Shown: one piece after another, positions 20,486 through 31,109 of the stretch
Layout: every line of letters starts with the position of its first letter
Numbering within the stretch: position 1 is the stretch's first letter
Assembly (NCBI GenBank): GCA_046075565.1
Contig: JBJTQJ010000073.1
Coordinates: 1 to 38,510 of the forward strand
Source of the DNA: Verrucomicrobiales bacterium
GTDB lineage: Bacteria; Verrucomicrobiota; Verrucomicrobiia; Verrucomicrobiales; SLCJ01
Direction: 5' to 3'
DNA length: 38,510 bases
The notes under the pieces: model-generated
Told to the model about the DNA's origin: nothing
The model's input: only the letters and a program-made list of their open reading frames with translations
The model's database searches: none
Program-made: the position numbers and the translations under genes

Positions 20486-20509
20486 GCAAGAGCGAGACGC
20501 TCTTGCTAC
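20486..20509 (-). repeat. GTAG-type REP-like hairpin
   Basis: - strand reads GTAGCAAGAGCG-TCT-CGCTCTTGC (9-bp perfect stem). Confidence 0.6.
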
Positions 20510-20717
20510 GCTTGAGGTGTAAACTCAAGGCGATATAGTCTGTGAGGATCCATCGGAGTCATAGCAAGACCGTTGAAGCCTTCGAAGCCTTGGCGAAGTA
20601 GGCCCGGTCTTGCCCTGAGACTTGATAGCTCTTTGCCATTTCTAGAGCTAAACCGACAGCAATGGGTAGGACTTCTCTTTTGTCGCCGCTTTGTCGAGAC
20701 GGCAACTCCCTCCCCGC

Positions 20718-20742
20718 GGACGTTTGGGACAAACGTCCCTGC
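20718..20742 (-). repeat. REP-like hairpin
   Basis: ggacgtttg-gga-caaacgtcc 9-bp perfect stem, preceded by GCAG on - strand. Confidence 0.5.
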
Positions 20743-20805
20743 CTTTGTTGTTCGGCTGGTTGGGTGAAAAGGCAATGGCTGCCCATCCGGGGCGGACCCG
20801 CCTGA

Positions 20806-22113
20806 CTACGCTCTTGAATTTGGCGCGGCGGCCATCAGGGTTTCGATCTCGTCGGCCTCGATCGGGGCACCGGCCAGCAGGTTGATGTTTTCGGTTTCCC
20901 CGATGAGGTAGTCGTTCTCGAGGCGGACACCGAGGTTTTCTTCCAGAATGTAGATGCCGGGTTCGATGGTGAAGACCATGCCGACGGCGACCGGTTCCTC
21001 GTCGATGTTCACGTCGTGCACATCGAGGCCGAGGTGATGTGAAGTGCCGTGCGGGAAGTATTTCTTCACCAATGGTTTGTCCTTCGACTGCGCCCTCGCC
21101 TCCTCTTCGGTGAAGAGGCCGAGGCCAATCAGTTCTTTTTCCATGAACTCGAGCACTTGCTTCTGATACTCCGAAATCCGGATGCCCGGGCGCAGGATGC
21201 TCTCGCAGTGGCGGAAAACACGGAGCACGGCATCATAGACGGCACGCTGGCGCGGGGTGAACTTTCCATTCACGGGAATGGTGCGGGTGAGGTCGGCGTT
21301 CCAGTTGTAGTATTCGGCGGCCACATCGAGCAGCACCATCTGGCCGTCCAGGCAGCGGTCCCCATTCTCGATGTAGTGGAGCACACAGGCATTGCCACCC
21401 GATCCGACAATCGGGTGGTAGGCAAATCCCTTGGAGCCCAGACGGGTGAATTCATGCACGAGTTCGGCCTCGATTTCCCATTCGCCGACCCCGGGGCGCA
21501 CGAAACCAAGCAGGCGCTTGAATCCGGAGGCGGTGATTTCACAGGCCTTGCGGAGCATCTCGATTTCCTCGGGCTCCTTGATCATACGAAGACGCGTGAT
21601 CAACGGGGCGAGGCGGCGGTAGGTATGCAGGGGATAATGTTCCTTGCACCAGAGCGCGAATCGGTCGCTGCGGGTCTGCACGCGGTTTTCGGCACGCGAA
21701 TGCTCGTTCAGCGAAAGGAAGATGTCTTCGGCCTGGCAAAACAAAATGCGAAGCAGCCCGTCGAAGTCCTTGGTCCAGCGCACATTTTTGATGCCGGATA
21801 GACGCGTGGCATCTTCCTTCGAATGCTTGCGCCCTTCCCACAAGGCGACAAGCTCGTTTGTTTCGCGCACGAAAAGCAGCTCGCGGTTCTCCTCGCGCGG
21901 GGCGTCGGGGAACATCACGAGCACGCTTTCCTCTTGATCGATACCGGTAAGGTAGAAGAAATCCGCGTTCTGTTTGTAACCGAGCGTCCCATCGGCATTG
22001 CTGGGGATCACATCATTGGAATGAACGATGGCCATGGCTCCCTGCGGCAGCTTTTCGCGAAGGCGGGCACGGTTACGGGTGAAAAGTTCGGCGGGAGCGG
22101 GTGAGCGACGCAT
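20806..22113 (-). CDS. pepP: Xaa-Pro aminopeptidase
   Basis: QNADFFYLTGIDQE, LHY, LDVAAEY..ADLTRT, HGTSHHLGLDVHD, TIEPGIY, GVRLEND. Confidence 0.95.
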   Translation of the reverse strand: MRRSPAPAELFTRNRARLREKLPQGAMAIVHSNDVIPSNADGTLGYKQNADFFYLTGIDQEESVLVMFPDAPREENRELLFVRETNELVALWEGRKHSKEDATRLSGIKNVRWTKDFDGLLRILFCQAEDIFLSLNEHSRAENRVQTRSDRFALWCKEHYPLHTYRRLAPLITRLRMIKEPEEIEMLRKACEITASGFKRLLGFVRPGVGEWEIEAELVHEFTRLGSKGFAYHPIVGSGGNACVLHYIENGDRCLDGQMVLLDVAAEYYNWNADLTRTIPVNGKFTPRQRAVYDAVLRVFRHCESILRPGIRISEYQKQVLEFMEKELIGLGLFTEEEARAQSKDKPLVKKYFPHGTSHHLGLDVHDVNIDEEPVAVGMVFTIEPGIYILEENLGVRLENDYLIGETENINLLAGAPIEADEIETLMAAAPNSRA

Positions 22114-22229
22114 GGTCTCCTGATGATGGCTAGGGTGAGTGGAAAAGTGCAATGAGGCAAACCATCGGGCCGCCCTGCGCCCCACGCAAGCGCTTCCATT
22201 TTCCCATGTGGAAGCTCGCCCTCGCGTGG

Positions 22230-23381
22230 CTACAAACCGAGCGACTGGCGCGGCACGGCGCGGAGGAAGTCATCCAATAGTTCGCGCCCGCTTCCGAGTC
22301 TTTCATCTCCGCCCAGCGCGTAATCCCGGCTAACAATCGAGCCATTGGCATATCGCCCGTCGAGGGTGGAGTGCGACCCCCGGATCCGCACGATCCATTG
22401 CGGCACCCCGGCTTTCTCCGGGTAGACCTGGGCCGCACTTTCCACCAGGCCATCCAGCGGCCCCGTCGTGGCCTTGAAATGGCCCTCCGCCAGCTTCCCG
22501 ATGCTGCCGAAGAGCACGTCGTTGTTGGTCCGGCCATCCGGACCTTCCGGCAACACGACATACTGGATGGCCTGCATCCTCGGCAGAACGGAACGCGGCT
22601 GCCATTTTTCCTCGCCATTCCATGGGTCTCCGGAAATGGAATACAGGTCCTGGCACCCATCGGCACCATCGAAGGCCTGCAGGGCGAGCAGGGTGCGGAA
22701 AATGCCGCCGGCGAGTCTCGTATCCGTGGCCGCCCAAGCCGCCACGGCCGACCCCTGCAAGGCACCGGCGAAATTCACCACCAAGCGGACCTTGTCCCGC
22801 TCGCGTTCCGGCAATTCTTTGCCGTGATTTTTCATCCATTCGATCAGGTCGTATCCGCCTTTGGAAAAGCCCACCAGCACGGCGCGTTTCACTTTGGGCA
22901 GTTCGCCATCGAGAAACCGCTGGATAAGCACGGCATTCTCGGCGGCGGTTCCCCGGTTGGGCACTCCGATAAAGGCCGCGTTCCAGCCTTGTTCTTTCAG
23001 ATGGTCGGCCACCCGCGCGACAATGGCCGGGGATCGATTCCCGGTCTGGCGGAATCCCAGCATCAGGAAAATCCCGACTTCCGGGCGTCGGTCCGGTTCC
23101 AGCGTCGCCATCGAGTCCGGAAAAACCAGGGATTTGTCGGCATTCGTCTTCCAGATCCGTTTTTCAAACCAACCATCCTTGGCATCGACTTCCACCAGTC
23201 GGCTGTCCAAACGCTCGCGTGCCTCCACTAGACCTTGCTCTTTGCGCCAACCTCGCGCTTCCGCCACAAGATCTGCACCCGGCGGGAGTTCCGCGCCGCC
23301 TCGTTTGGAAACGGCGGCACATCCCGCCAGCATGCAGCAGAGGCAGCCTGCGAGGATGGTTAACAATCCGCGCTCCTTCAT
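22230..23381 (-). CDS. Lipoprotein, alpha/beta-hydrolase fold
   Basis: Lipobox LAGC; LVGFSKGG nucleophile elbow; DGLV and GSH candidate Asp/His. Confidence 0.7.
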   Translation of the reverse strand: MKERGLLTILAGCLCCMLAGCAAVSKRGGAELPPGADLVAEARGWRKEQGLVEARERLDSRLVEVDAKDGWFEKRIWKTNADKSLVFPDSMATLEPDRRPEVGIFLMLGFRQTGNRSPAIVARVADHLKEQGWNAAFIGVPNRGTAAENAVLIQRFLDGELPKVKRAVLVGFSKGGYDLIEWMKNHGKELPERERDKVRLVVNFAGALQGSAVAAWAATDTRLAGGIFRTLLALQAFDGADGCQDLYSISGDPWNGEEKWQPRSVLPRMQAIQYVVLPEGPDGRTNNDVLFGSIGKLAEGHFKATTGPLDGLVESAAQVYPEKAGVPQWIVRIRGSHSTLDGRYANGSIVSRDYALGGDERLGSGRELLDDFLRAVPRQSLGL

Positions 23382-23581
23382 TTCGCCAACTATGGCCGGG
23401 ACCCGACGACTCTGGCAAGGAAATTGCCAATGGGTCAAAAATTGGGGGTGCAGGACAAAAAGGTCAGCGTGCCTTTTCCACCTTTCCATCTGCGGAGGGA
23501 CACGATCCCACAGGGTCGTGTCCGTAGTTCGCTCGAACGAGGGGCCATCGTGGAGGAGTTGCGGCGTCATCCGCCGAAAAG

Positions 23582-23639
23582 GGAACACGGGCATCCTGCC
23601 CGTGGTTGGGACAAGTTCCGGGCGGGACGCGCGAACTCC
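23582..23639. repeat. REP-like doublet
   Basis: cacgggca-tcc-tgcccgtg (23586-23604) plus oppositely oriented GGAGTTCGCGCGTCCCGCCCGG (23618-23639, - strand). Confidence 0.55.
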
Positions 23640-23750
23640 TCTTTTTATCGAGAAAAGAACAAGTGTTGTGACTTCCGAGCCACGTTCCGCGTTGGGCCCG
23701 ATGGGGTTCGGTCTTGGCCTTTACTCTACAAGGGTTCTTTTCCCCAACCG

Positions 23751-23832
23751 TGCCGGAAAGGGGACTCGAACCCCTACTCCTTGCGGAACCAGATCCTAAG
23801 TCTGGCGCGTCTACCAATTTCGCCATCCCGGC
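23751..23832 (-). tRNA. tRNA-Leu (anticodon TAG), CCA not encoded
   Basis: GCCGGGATGGCGAAATTGGTAGACGCG-CCAGA CTTAGGA TCTGG-variable arm-AGGGGTTCGAGTCCCCT-TTCCGGCA. Confidence 0.97.
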
Positions 23833-23900
23833 GCACGGTTTGCGGAAAGATGCTAGCATGGGCGGGATTTGACCCGAGGCAAGGGAGAATGCGACCCCGG

Positions 23901-23940
23901 AAAACAATGCGGCGGACCCTATGAAGGATCCGCCGCATTG
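23901..23940 (-). terminator. Probable intrinsic terminator of pilin-like gene
   Basis: 12-bp stem caatgcggcgga/tccgccgcattg followed by TTTT on - strand, 30 nt after the stop. Confidence 0.6.
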
Positions 23941-23970
23941 GATTGGGTGTTCGGAAAGGGGAAATCAGGA

Positions 23971-24546
23971 TTACCAGGAGCGGGCGTTGTCTTTGGTGGC
24001 GTCGACACCCTCATCATTTGTTCCGCTGATTTTCTTGTCCACGCTGCCGGAAATGACGGCCACCTTCATGTAGAGGGTGGTGCCACCGCCCGCGCCCGTG
24101 CCTTCGGGATTCGTGACCTCTCCATTGCCATCGTGGTCGATGTAAATGTCAAAGTAGTTGCCCCACGGGTCGAAGACTTCGCCGGTGTTGCCAGTGCGGT
24201 AAAGGCCGTTCGAGGGCGGGTTTCCTTTGGCCATGCGGATGTCCTTGGCGAAGTTGATGCCCCGCTTGTTCACGGAGGTGTCGGTGCCGAGCAGGTTCGT
24301 CATGAAACTGGAGTTCGATTTGTGTTGCTCGCCACCGGTCGCCGGCCAGCGGCCGTATTCTTGCCTGAACTGGCCGATGGCCTGGGCCAAGGCGACAGCC
24401 GTGTTTTGCGCCTCAACTTGGCGAGCTTTGCGCAGGGCAAACTGGGCGGCAGTGAAGATACCGCCGGCAAGAAGGGCGATGATAGTCATCACCACAAGAA
24501 GTTCAAGGAGGGTGAAGCCGCGTGCGATGCGTTTCCGGGTTTTCAT
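23971..24546 (-). CDS. Prepilin-type N-terminal cleavage/methylation protein (GspG/pseudopilin-like)
   Basis: RG|FTLLELLVVMTIIALLAG, EYGRWP, DPWGN. Confidence 0.9.
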   Translation of the reverse strand: MKTRKRIARGFTLLELLVVMTIIALLAGGIFTAAQFALRKARQVEAQNTAVALAQAIGQFRQEYGRWPATGGEQHKSNSSFMTNLLGTDTSVNKRGINFAKDIRMAKGNPPSNGLYRTGNTGEVFDPWGNYFDIYIDHDGNGEVTNPEGTGAGGGTTLYMKVAVISGSVDKKISGTNDEGVDATKDNARSW

Positions 24547-24797
24547 ATTTGGGATGGTTGTGTTTACAATGGCAATACCTTTTCCGAGCTCAGTAGAACG
24601 CTTTGGCGGGGAAAAGGCAAGAGCAAAAATTTCAAAATTCGAATTTTTTGATGATTTGCCCCATACTTCCCCGGCTATGCCGGTTTGCTGAGGCTTCTGC
24701 CGGGGGTGGAAGGGCGGCGGCGATTCATCAGGCACCCTGCCCGCCTGGCCGGGAAAAATCTGTTTCTTCGTGGCGGGAATGGCCTATAGATGCGCAC

Positions 24798-25538
24798 ATG
24801 AGAACTATTCTGTTTGCCGGTTTCCTGGCCTGTTTGATGCAAAACGCGATTTTCGCCCAAACCGCTGCCGCCGAGGCCCCCCCAGCCAAGCCACCATCGA
24901 TCACGCCGGTGCCGAGGGATGCCGGTTGGATGAAACGCCATGAAAAGTTCAACGCCCTTGCTGAGGAGGGCCGGTTTGATGTGCTCTTCATCGGGGACTC
25001 CATTACCCAGGGTTGGGAGGGAGCCGGCAAGGCATCGTGGGAGAAACACATCGCTCCGATGAAGGCCGCCAATTTCGGCATCGGCGGCGACCGCACCGAG
25101 CATGTGCTCTGGCGTTTGGAAAATGGCAACCTCAAGGGAAAACTCAAGCCCAAGGTCATCGTCGTGATGATTGGCACCAACAACACCGGGGCCAACAATC
25201 CGCCGGACCAGATCGCCATGGGGGTCGAAGCGATTGTGAAAAAGCTCACCGCCCGCTTTCCCGATGCCACGGTGGCGATTCTCGGGATTTTCCCCCGGAG
25301 TGAAAAGCCGGATGATCCGAAACGCATCAACAATGTCAAAGCCAACGAATTGATCGCGAAACTCGCCGATGGCAAGAAAGTCGTTTACACCGATGAAATT
25401 GGCCAGGCCTTTCTGAAACCAGACGGCACTCTCGGCAAGGATATCATGCCCGACCTGCTCCACCTCTCTCCGGCCGGTTACGAAATCTGGGGCAAATTGA
25501 TGGAAGAAAAGATTCCGGAGTGGAAACGCTTGAAGTGA
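24798..25538 (+). CDS. Exported SGNH/GDSL esterase (PAF-acetylhydrolase Ib-like)
   Basis: FIGDSITQGW, NFGIGGDRTEH, IGTNN, DLLHLS. Confidence 0.92.
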   Translation: MRTILFAGFLACLMQNAIFAQTAAAEAPPAKPPSITPVPRDAGWMKRHEKFNALAEEGRFDVLFIGDSITQGWEGAGKASWEKHIAPMKAANFGIGGDRTEHVLWRLENGNLKGKLKPKVIVVMIGTNNTGANNPPDQIAMGVEAIVKKLTARFPDATVAILGIFPRSEKPDDPKRINNVKANELIAKLADGKKVVYTDEIGQAFLKPDGTLGKDIMPDLLHLSPAGYEIWGKLMEEKIPEWKRLK

Positions 25539-25588
25539 ACCTTCGCGCCTCCTGCGAAGCCCCACGATGGTTCGCCTCAGCTATCCGC

Positions 25589-26428
25589 ATGAGACACGCA
25601 ATCTTCTCCATCTTCTTCCTCGTATCCCTCATCGCGTCCGTTCCGGCGGCGGATGAACCTGCAATCCTCAAGAAGGGTTGCTGTATGGGCGGCGCGGATG
25701 CCGAACGTACCGAGAAAAGGATCAAGTCCCTCAATGTCGGCTGGCACTATAACTGGACGGCTAGTTGGAAAGGACGTGACATCAAGGGCGTGCCCTTCGT
25801 GCCGATGATTTTCAAGAACGACCAATGGACCGCCGGTTCATTGGACAAGGTGAAGGTCGCCAAGTCGAAGATGGGTTCCAGCCCTCTGCTCGGGTTCAAC
25901 GAACCGGATGGCAAGGCCCAGGCCAACATGACCGTCGAGCAGGCCCTGAAATTCTGGCCCGAACTCGAGAAAACCAACCGCCGTCTCGGCAGCCCCGCCA
26001 CCGTTCACCCGGACAACGAATGGATGAAGGCATTCATGAAAGGCGCCGATGAGAAGGGCCTGCGTGTGGACTTCGTCTGTGTCCATTGGTATGGCCAACT
26101 CGACGCCGAAAAATTCATCGAACGCATGCGTGAAATCCACGAACTCTACGACAAGCCGATCTGGATCACGGAATTCGCGATCGCCGACTGGTCGGCCAAG
26201 AGCCTGCGGGAGAATAAATATACCGATCGAGATGTCCTCAAGTTCATGGAAGATGTGCTGCCGGAATTGGAAAAACTCGAGTTCGTCGAGCGATACGCGT
26301 GGTTCGACGCCAAAGCCGATGATCCGAAACTCGGGAGGTCGGCATTGTTCGACAAAGCGGGCGAACTCACCGAACTCGGCCGGTTCTATGCGGACTTCAA
26401 AAGCGGTGTCGTGCGGGCGAAGCGCTGA
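25589..26428 (+). CDS. Exported glycoside hydrolase, GH128 (Glyco_hydro_cc)-like
   Basis: WHYNW, FVPMI, LLGFNEPD, LGSPA, VHWY, PIWITEFA, VERYAWF. Confidence 0.88.
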   Translation: MRHAIFSIFFLVSLIASVPAADEPAILKKGCCMGGADAERTEKRIKSLNVGWHYNWTASWKGRDIKGVPFVPMIFKNDQWTAGSLDKVKVAKSKMGSSPLLGFNEPDGKAQANMTVEQALKFWPELEKTNRRLGSPATVHPDNEWMKAFMKGADEKGLRVDFVCVHWYGQLDAEKFIERMREIHELYDKPIWITEFAIADWSAKSLRENKYTDRDVLKFMEDVLPELEKLEFVERYAWFDAKADDPKLGRSALFDKAGELTELGRFYADFKSGVVRAKR

Positions 26429-26530
26429 GCATCGAGCCGCCGGATACAAGGAATCGAAAGTTCCCGCGTCTCTTTTTGAGAACGCTGGTTCCAGAAATGC
26501 CCGCGCTTTGGCCTCGAGTGACTCTTGGTC

Positions 26531-28009
26531 TCAGGCCAGAATGCCCTTCACGATCTTGGCGGGCTTCACTCCGGTGAGTTTCTGATTGAGTCCTTGGAAG
26601 GGGAAGGAGAGTTTGTGGTGGTCGAAGCCGAAAAGATGCAGCAGCGTGGCATGGAAGTCGCGCACATGCACTCCGTCTGCGGCGACCCGGTAGCCGAGTT
26701 CGTCGGTTTCCCCATGGGTGATGCCGGGTTTCACGCCGCCGCCCGCCATCCAGATGGTAAAGGCATTCGGATTGTGGTCGCGTCCCACGAAGGCATTGGC
26801 GGCCCCGCCGCCGCGGTTCTCCTGCATTGGTGTGCGCCCGAATTCGCCGGCCCAGACGACGAGGGTGTCTTCGAGCATCCCGCGCATTTCGAGGTCGGTG
26901 AGCAAGGCGCTGATCGGGCGATCGATCTCCAGGCATTTTTTCACGAAGCCATCCTTCAACGATTCGGATGCATTGGAGCCATGGGTGTCCCATCCCCAGT
27001 CGAAGAGTTGGATGAAACGGACGCCATTTTCTGCCAGCCTGCGGGCGAGCAGACAGTTGTTGGCGAATGAGCTTTTGCCCGGAACCGCACCATACATCTC
27101 CTGAATGGGAGCGGGTTCGTCGCTGATGCTCATGACTTCCGGCACCGAGACCTGCATCCGATACGCCATCTCGTATTGGGAAATCCTCGTCACGGTTTCG
27201 GGATCGCCGATTTCCTCATGGGTGCGGGCATTGAGCTTGTTCAGGGCATCGAGCGCGGTGCGGCGGATCTCCCGGTTCACTCCCGGCGGATTGGCGGCGT
27301 TCAGCACCGGATCCCCGCCGGTCCGGCATTGCACGCCTTGGTAAACGGAGGGCAGGAATCCATTCGCCCACAGGGCGGCTCCCGCACGGGGAGGACGTCC
27401 GCCGGATAACATGACGATGTAACCGGGCAGGTTCTGGTTCTCCGTGCCCAGTCCCCAGGTGAGCCATGCTCCCATCGACGGATAACCGAGGTTCTGGTTG
27501 CCCGTGTGCATGAGCAATTTGGCCGGAGCGTGATTGAACTGATCGGTCTGCATCGACTTGATGATGCAGAGTTTGTCGGCGTGGCGGTGAAGCCATGGCA
27601 AGCGGTCGGATATCCATGCTCCCGACTTGCCATGTTTTTCAAATCCGAACTGCGGACCGAGCAGGCGCGGAACCCCCTGGATGAAAGCGAACCGTTGACC
27701 TTCGAGATATTCGGCCGGGCATTGTTTGCCGTCGTATTTCGCGAGCACCGGCTTGTAGTCGAACAACTCCATCTGGCTCGGCGCGCCGGCCATGTGCAAG
27801 AAGATGATGCGCTTCGCCTTGGGCGCGAATGATGGCGCAAGAGTGGCGAGCGGGTGCGCGACATCACGTTTCACCGCGGCTCCTCCGGCGGCAATGGCAT
27901 CCCGCGCCCCGAGATAAAGCGCGCCGAGTCCGAAGGCGGATTCCTTCAGGAAATGCCGGCGTGTCGAGTGGCGGAGCCTTTCGTGCAGGAGGTGTTGCAG
28001 GATGTTCAT
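26531..28009 (-). CDS. DUF1501 protein (Tat-like signal)
   Basis: TRRHFL, AKRIIFLHMAGAPSQMELFDYKP, CLLARRLAENGVRF, WDTH, GEFGRTP, GRDH. Confidence 0.93.
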   Translation of the reverse strand: MNILQHLLHERLRHSTRRHFLKESAFGLGALYLGARDAIAAGGAAVKRDVAHPLATLAPSFAPKAKRIIFLHMAGAPSQMELFDYKPVLAKYDGKQCPAEYLEGQRFAFIQGVPRLLGPQFGFEKHGKSGAWISDRLPWLHRHADKLCIIKSMQTDQFNHAPAKLLMHTGNQNLGYPSMGAWLTWGLGTENQNLPGYIVMLSGGRPPRAGAALWANGFLPSVYQGVQCRTGGDPVLNAANPPGVNREIRRTALDALNKLNARTHEEIGDPETVTRISQYEMAYRMQVSVPEVMSISDEPAPIQEMYGAVPGKSSFANNCLLARRLAENGVRFIQLFDWGWDTHGSNASESLKDGFVKKCLEIDRPISALLTDLEMRGMLEDTLVVWAGEFGRTPMQENRGGGAANAFVGRDHNPNAFTIWMAGGGVKPGITHGETDELGYRVAADGVHVRDFHATLLHLFGFDHHKLSFPFQGLNQKLTGVKPAKIVKGILA

Positions 28010-28043
28010 GGCCGGAGGCGGCAAATGGGTAGAGGTTTGTTTG

Positions 28044-30929
28044 TTATCTGGTGACCGACTCGTCCAGGTTGAGCAGAATCGACGCGACGACCGCGAGCGC
28101 GGCGGCATCAGGAGTTTCGGCAAGGCCCTTCATGGTTTCCGGGGATTCCTGGTATTCCTGAAGCAGATCATCATAAACTTTCCGGAGATCGGTGGCCCGT
28201 TCCGCGGTGATCTCGCGGGAGGCGGCTATACGATAGCCACGGGCGATGGCGGCATCGATGTCTCCGGGCGCGGGCTCACTCATGCGTTTGGAGAGTGCGA
28301 GGGAGGACTCATGGAAGGCGGCGTCATTGAGCGTGGTCAGCGCTTGGAGCGGTGTGTTGGAAACGAGGCGGCGTTTCGATGAGATGTCGCGCATGGGCAC
28401 ATCGAAGGAACTGAAGAGGGGATAGAGGATGCTCCGCTTGAAATAGACGTAGACCGAGCGGCGGTAGCGCTCCGGATTCCCCGGTTCTGGCGTCATCCAG
28501 TCATCCTTGGTAAACGGCTTCCAGACCCCGGGTGGAAGTGGAGGGAAGATGGGACGTCCGCCGATATCATGGTGAATCAATCCGGCGGCGGTGAGCGAAT
28601 GGTCCCGCATCATCTCGGCGGTCAATCGTTGGCGCGGGCCGCGGGCGAGCAGGCGGTTGTCGGCATCACGTTCGGCCAACTCGGCGCTGACATATGAACT
28701 CTGCCGGTAGGTGGCACTGGTCACGATTTCCCGGAGCATGGATTTCACACTCCACTTCATCTCCGTGGAAAAACGCACGGCCAGATTGTCCAGAAGCTCG
28801 GGATGGGTCGGCGGCGACCCGGCGGAACCGAAATCCTCCGGTGTGGGAACAATGCCGACGCCGAACAGTTCCAACCACAGACGATTTACCGCGACGCGGG
28901 CGGTAAGCGGGTTTTCCGGCGAAGCGATCCACTTCGCGAGATCGAGGCGCGTGGCTTTGTCTCCGCTTTTGTGCAGGGGAGGGAAAATCTCCGGGGTGTT
29001 GCCTTCTTTGACGTAGTCGGTTTTGTCGAGCCAGTTGCCGCGATGGAAGACATGGGTGGCGCGCGGGAAGCCCGGATCGCGTTCGACCATCACCGGTGTG
29101 GCGACGGAAGGAATGTCGGCGAGCTTTTTCCTTGCCCCGGCGATTTGTTCTTTCGCTGAGATGATCCCCGGATCTTGGCGGTGCTGGATCCAAGCGGGAT
29201 CATCGGTGACCGAGATACGACCACGTTTGACGACCATCGGGTAACTGGACAGATAGATGTAACCGTTCTTGATGGTCACGCGCAATCTCGAGCCCGCGGG
29301 AATGGCCAAGGGTTCCGTGAGCACGAAGGTCGCGTGGCGCGGAGTGAAAATCTTCGAGTAGGTTCCCCAGGCCCGTTCGTCACCTTTGACCGAAAGGTTC
29401 GGGTCATACATCGGATGGGCTTCGTCCGCGATCCCTTCATGGAAAGGAACACGCGTGGCTTTGCCGGATGGGTCCACGATGTCGAGCAGAATGTGCCGGA
29501 CGATGCCGCCCCATTCCGGAGTGTGGGTGGCTTTTTTCTCGTCGATGGGCAGAAGTTCAAGTCGCACCGCGGTGACGGTTTCCAGCGGGCTGGAAAATGT
29601 CAGCATGTATTCGGCTCCGGCGGCGACGTTCGGATCGGCGCGGAACTCGGGCATGCCATCCTTTTCCATCACGCTCAGAACCGCCTTGGTGGCTTCCGCG
29701 GTCATCGATTGCGGTTGATGCCATCGGGTGGCGGCGGCGACATTTTTCCGAACTTCATACAGTCGCTCTTCGGCTCCATGAATTTCCTCCAGCAGGGCAT
29801 TCGCCTCCGAGTAACGCGACTTGTCCAGGGGCACACTCAGCTTGGGCAGGTCTTCAATCAGGTCGGCATCGGAGGACTGGTTGAAAAACTCCATGAAGTC
29901 GTAGAACTCCTCGGACTTGATGGGGTCGTAGGGGTGGGAGTGGCATTGCACGCAACCGAAGCTCACGCCCATCCATGCTTCCCAGGTCGTGCTCATCCGG
30001 TCGATAACCGAGACCACGCGGAACTCCTCGTCGTCGGTTCCGCCTTCGTGGTTCACCTGGCTGAGCCGGCTGAAGGTAGTGGCGATTTTTTGCTCAAGGG
30101 TCGCTCCGGGAATCTCATCGCCGGCGATCTGCTCGATGGTGAATTGGTCAAATGGCAAATCGCGGTTGAAGGCATCGATCAACCAGTCACGGTATTTCCA
30201 GACTTCGCGCCGACCATCATCGGCATAACCGGCGGAGTCCGCATAGCGCGCGAGGTCGAGCCACACCGATGCCCAGCGCTCGCCGAAGCGCGGGGAGGCC
30301 AGCAGCCGTTCCGTCTCCTTCTCGATGGCGGCATTGGCATCGATGGCGCTGGCCTTTAGGAAGGCATCCAGTTCCTCCAGCGTCGGAGGCAGGCCGGTGA
30401 GATCAAAGGAAGCCCGGCGAAGCCATTGCTCGGCGGGCGCGGCCGGAGAAGGAGAGAGGCCCTCCTTTTCAAGTCGGGCGAGGATGAATTGATCGAGTTC
30501 ACGCACGACCCAGTCCTGATTCTTTACGGCGGGTGGAGCATGTTTTTCCGGTGCGACAAACGACCAGTGTTCTCCCCAATGCGCACCTTCTTTGATCCAC
30601 TGCCGGATCGTTTCGATTTGCTCCTTGGTCAGGGGCGGCCCGTGCTCCGGTTTGGGCATCACATCATCCGGGTCCTTGCTCTCGATCCGCACGACCATTT
30701 CCGAGGCATCCGGGTTTCCCGGCACGATCACCTTCTTTCCGGAATCTCCCGCGCCGAGGGCGAGGTCGCGGTAGATGAACGAGACATTTCCGGCTTCCTT
30801 GACCCCGCCGTGGCAGGCCGTGCAATTGGCATTGAGGAGCGGGCGGATGTCACGGGCAAAATCGATCTCCGCCTGGGCGAATCCGGGCAACGCGAAAAGG
30901 AAAAGAAAAAAGCGGAATGGGGGCTTCAT
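28044..30929 (-). CDS. Planctomycete cytochrome c / DUF1549 (PSD1) / DUF1553 protein
   Basis: IDFARDIRPLL..CTACHG, HWSF, LRRASFDLTGLPP, WLDLARYADS, CVQCHSHPYDP, NPLTARVAVNRLW, NTPLQAL. Confidence 0.93.
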   Translation of the reverse strand: MKPPFRFFLFLFALPGFAQAEIDFARDIRPLLNANCTACHGGVKEAGNVSFIYRDLALGAGDSGKKVIVPGNPDASEMVVRIESKDPDDVMPKPEHGPPLTKEQIETIRQWIKEGAHWGEHWSFVAPEKHAPPAVKNQDWVVRELDQFILARLEKEGLSPSPAAPAEQWLRRASFDLTGLPPTLEELDAFLKASAIDANAAIEKETERLLASPRFGERWASVWLDLARYADSAGYADDGRREVWKYRDWLIDAFNRDLPFDQFTIEQIAGDEIPGATLEQKIATTFSRLSQVNHEGGTDDEEFRVVSVIDRMSTTWEAWMGVSFGCVQCHSHPYDPIKSEEFYDFMEFFNQSSDADLIEDLPKLSVPLDKSRYSEANALLEEIHGAEERLYEVRKNVAAATRWHQPQSMTAEATKAVLSVMEKDGMPEFRADPNVAAGAEYMLTFSSPLETVTAVRLELLPIDEKKATHTPEWGGIVRHILLDIVDPSGKATRVPFHEGIADEAHPMYDPNLSVKGDERAWGTYSKIFTPRHATFVLTEPLAIPAGSRLRVTIKNGYIYLSSYPMVVKRGRISVTDDPAWIQHRQDPGIISAKEQIAGARKKLADIPSVATPVMVERDPGFPRATHVFHRGNWLDKTDYVKEGNTPEIFPPLHKSGDKATRLDLAKWIASPENPLTARVAVNRLWLELFGVGIVPTPEDFGSAGSPPTHPELLDNLAVRFSTEMKWSVKSMLREIVTSATYRQSSYVSAELAERDADNRLLARGPRQRLTAEMMRDHSLTAAGLIHHDIGGRPIFPPLPPGVWKPFTKDDWMTPEPGNPERYRRSVYVYFKRSILYPLFSSFDVPMRDISSKRRLVSNTPLQALTTLNDAAFHESSLALSKRMSEPAPGDIDAAIARGYRIAASREITAERATDLRKVYDDLLQEYQESPETMKGLAETPDAAALAVVASILLNLDESVTR

Positions 30930-31109
30930 CACACGGGGGGAGCGGATGCGACGGCCACGGTAGCCGAGGTGCAAGCCCGGCGAAAGCCCGTCTTTGGCAC
31001 CAACGGGAATTCCCCGTGGGCGCCGGGCGGTTTTCGTGCCGACCCGGCCGCTTCTTTCACTTTTTTCGGTAAATGGGGGCGGCACGCCGGCATTCCGCCG
31101 TCCGGTCCG

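Noticed and set aside
23751-23832. tRNA-Leu as an island integration site
   Set aside because: No duplicated 3' end or integrase seen in the window
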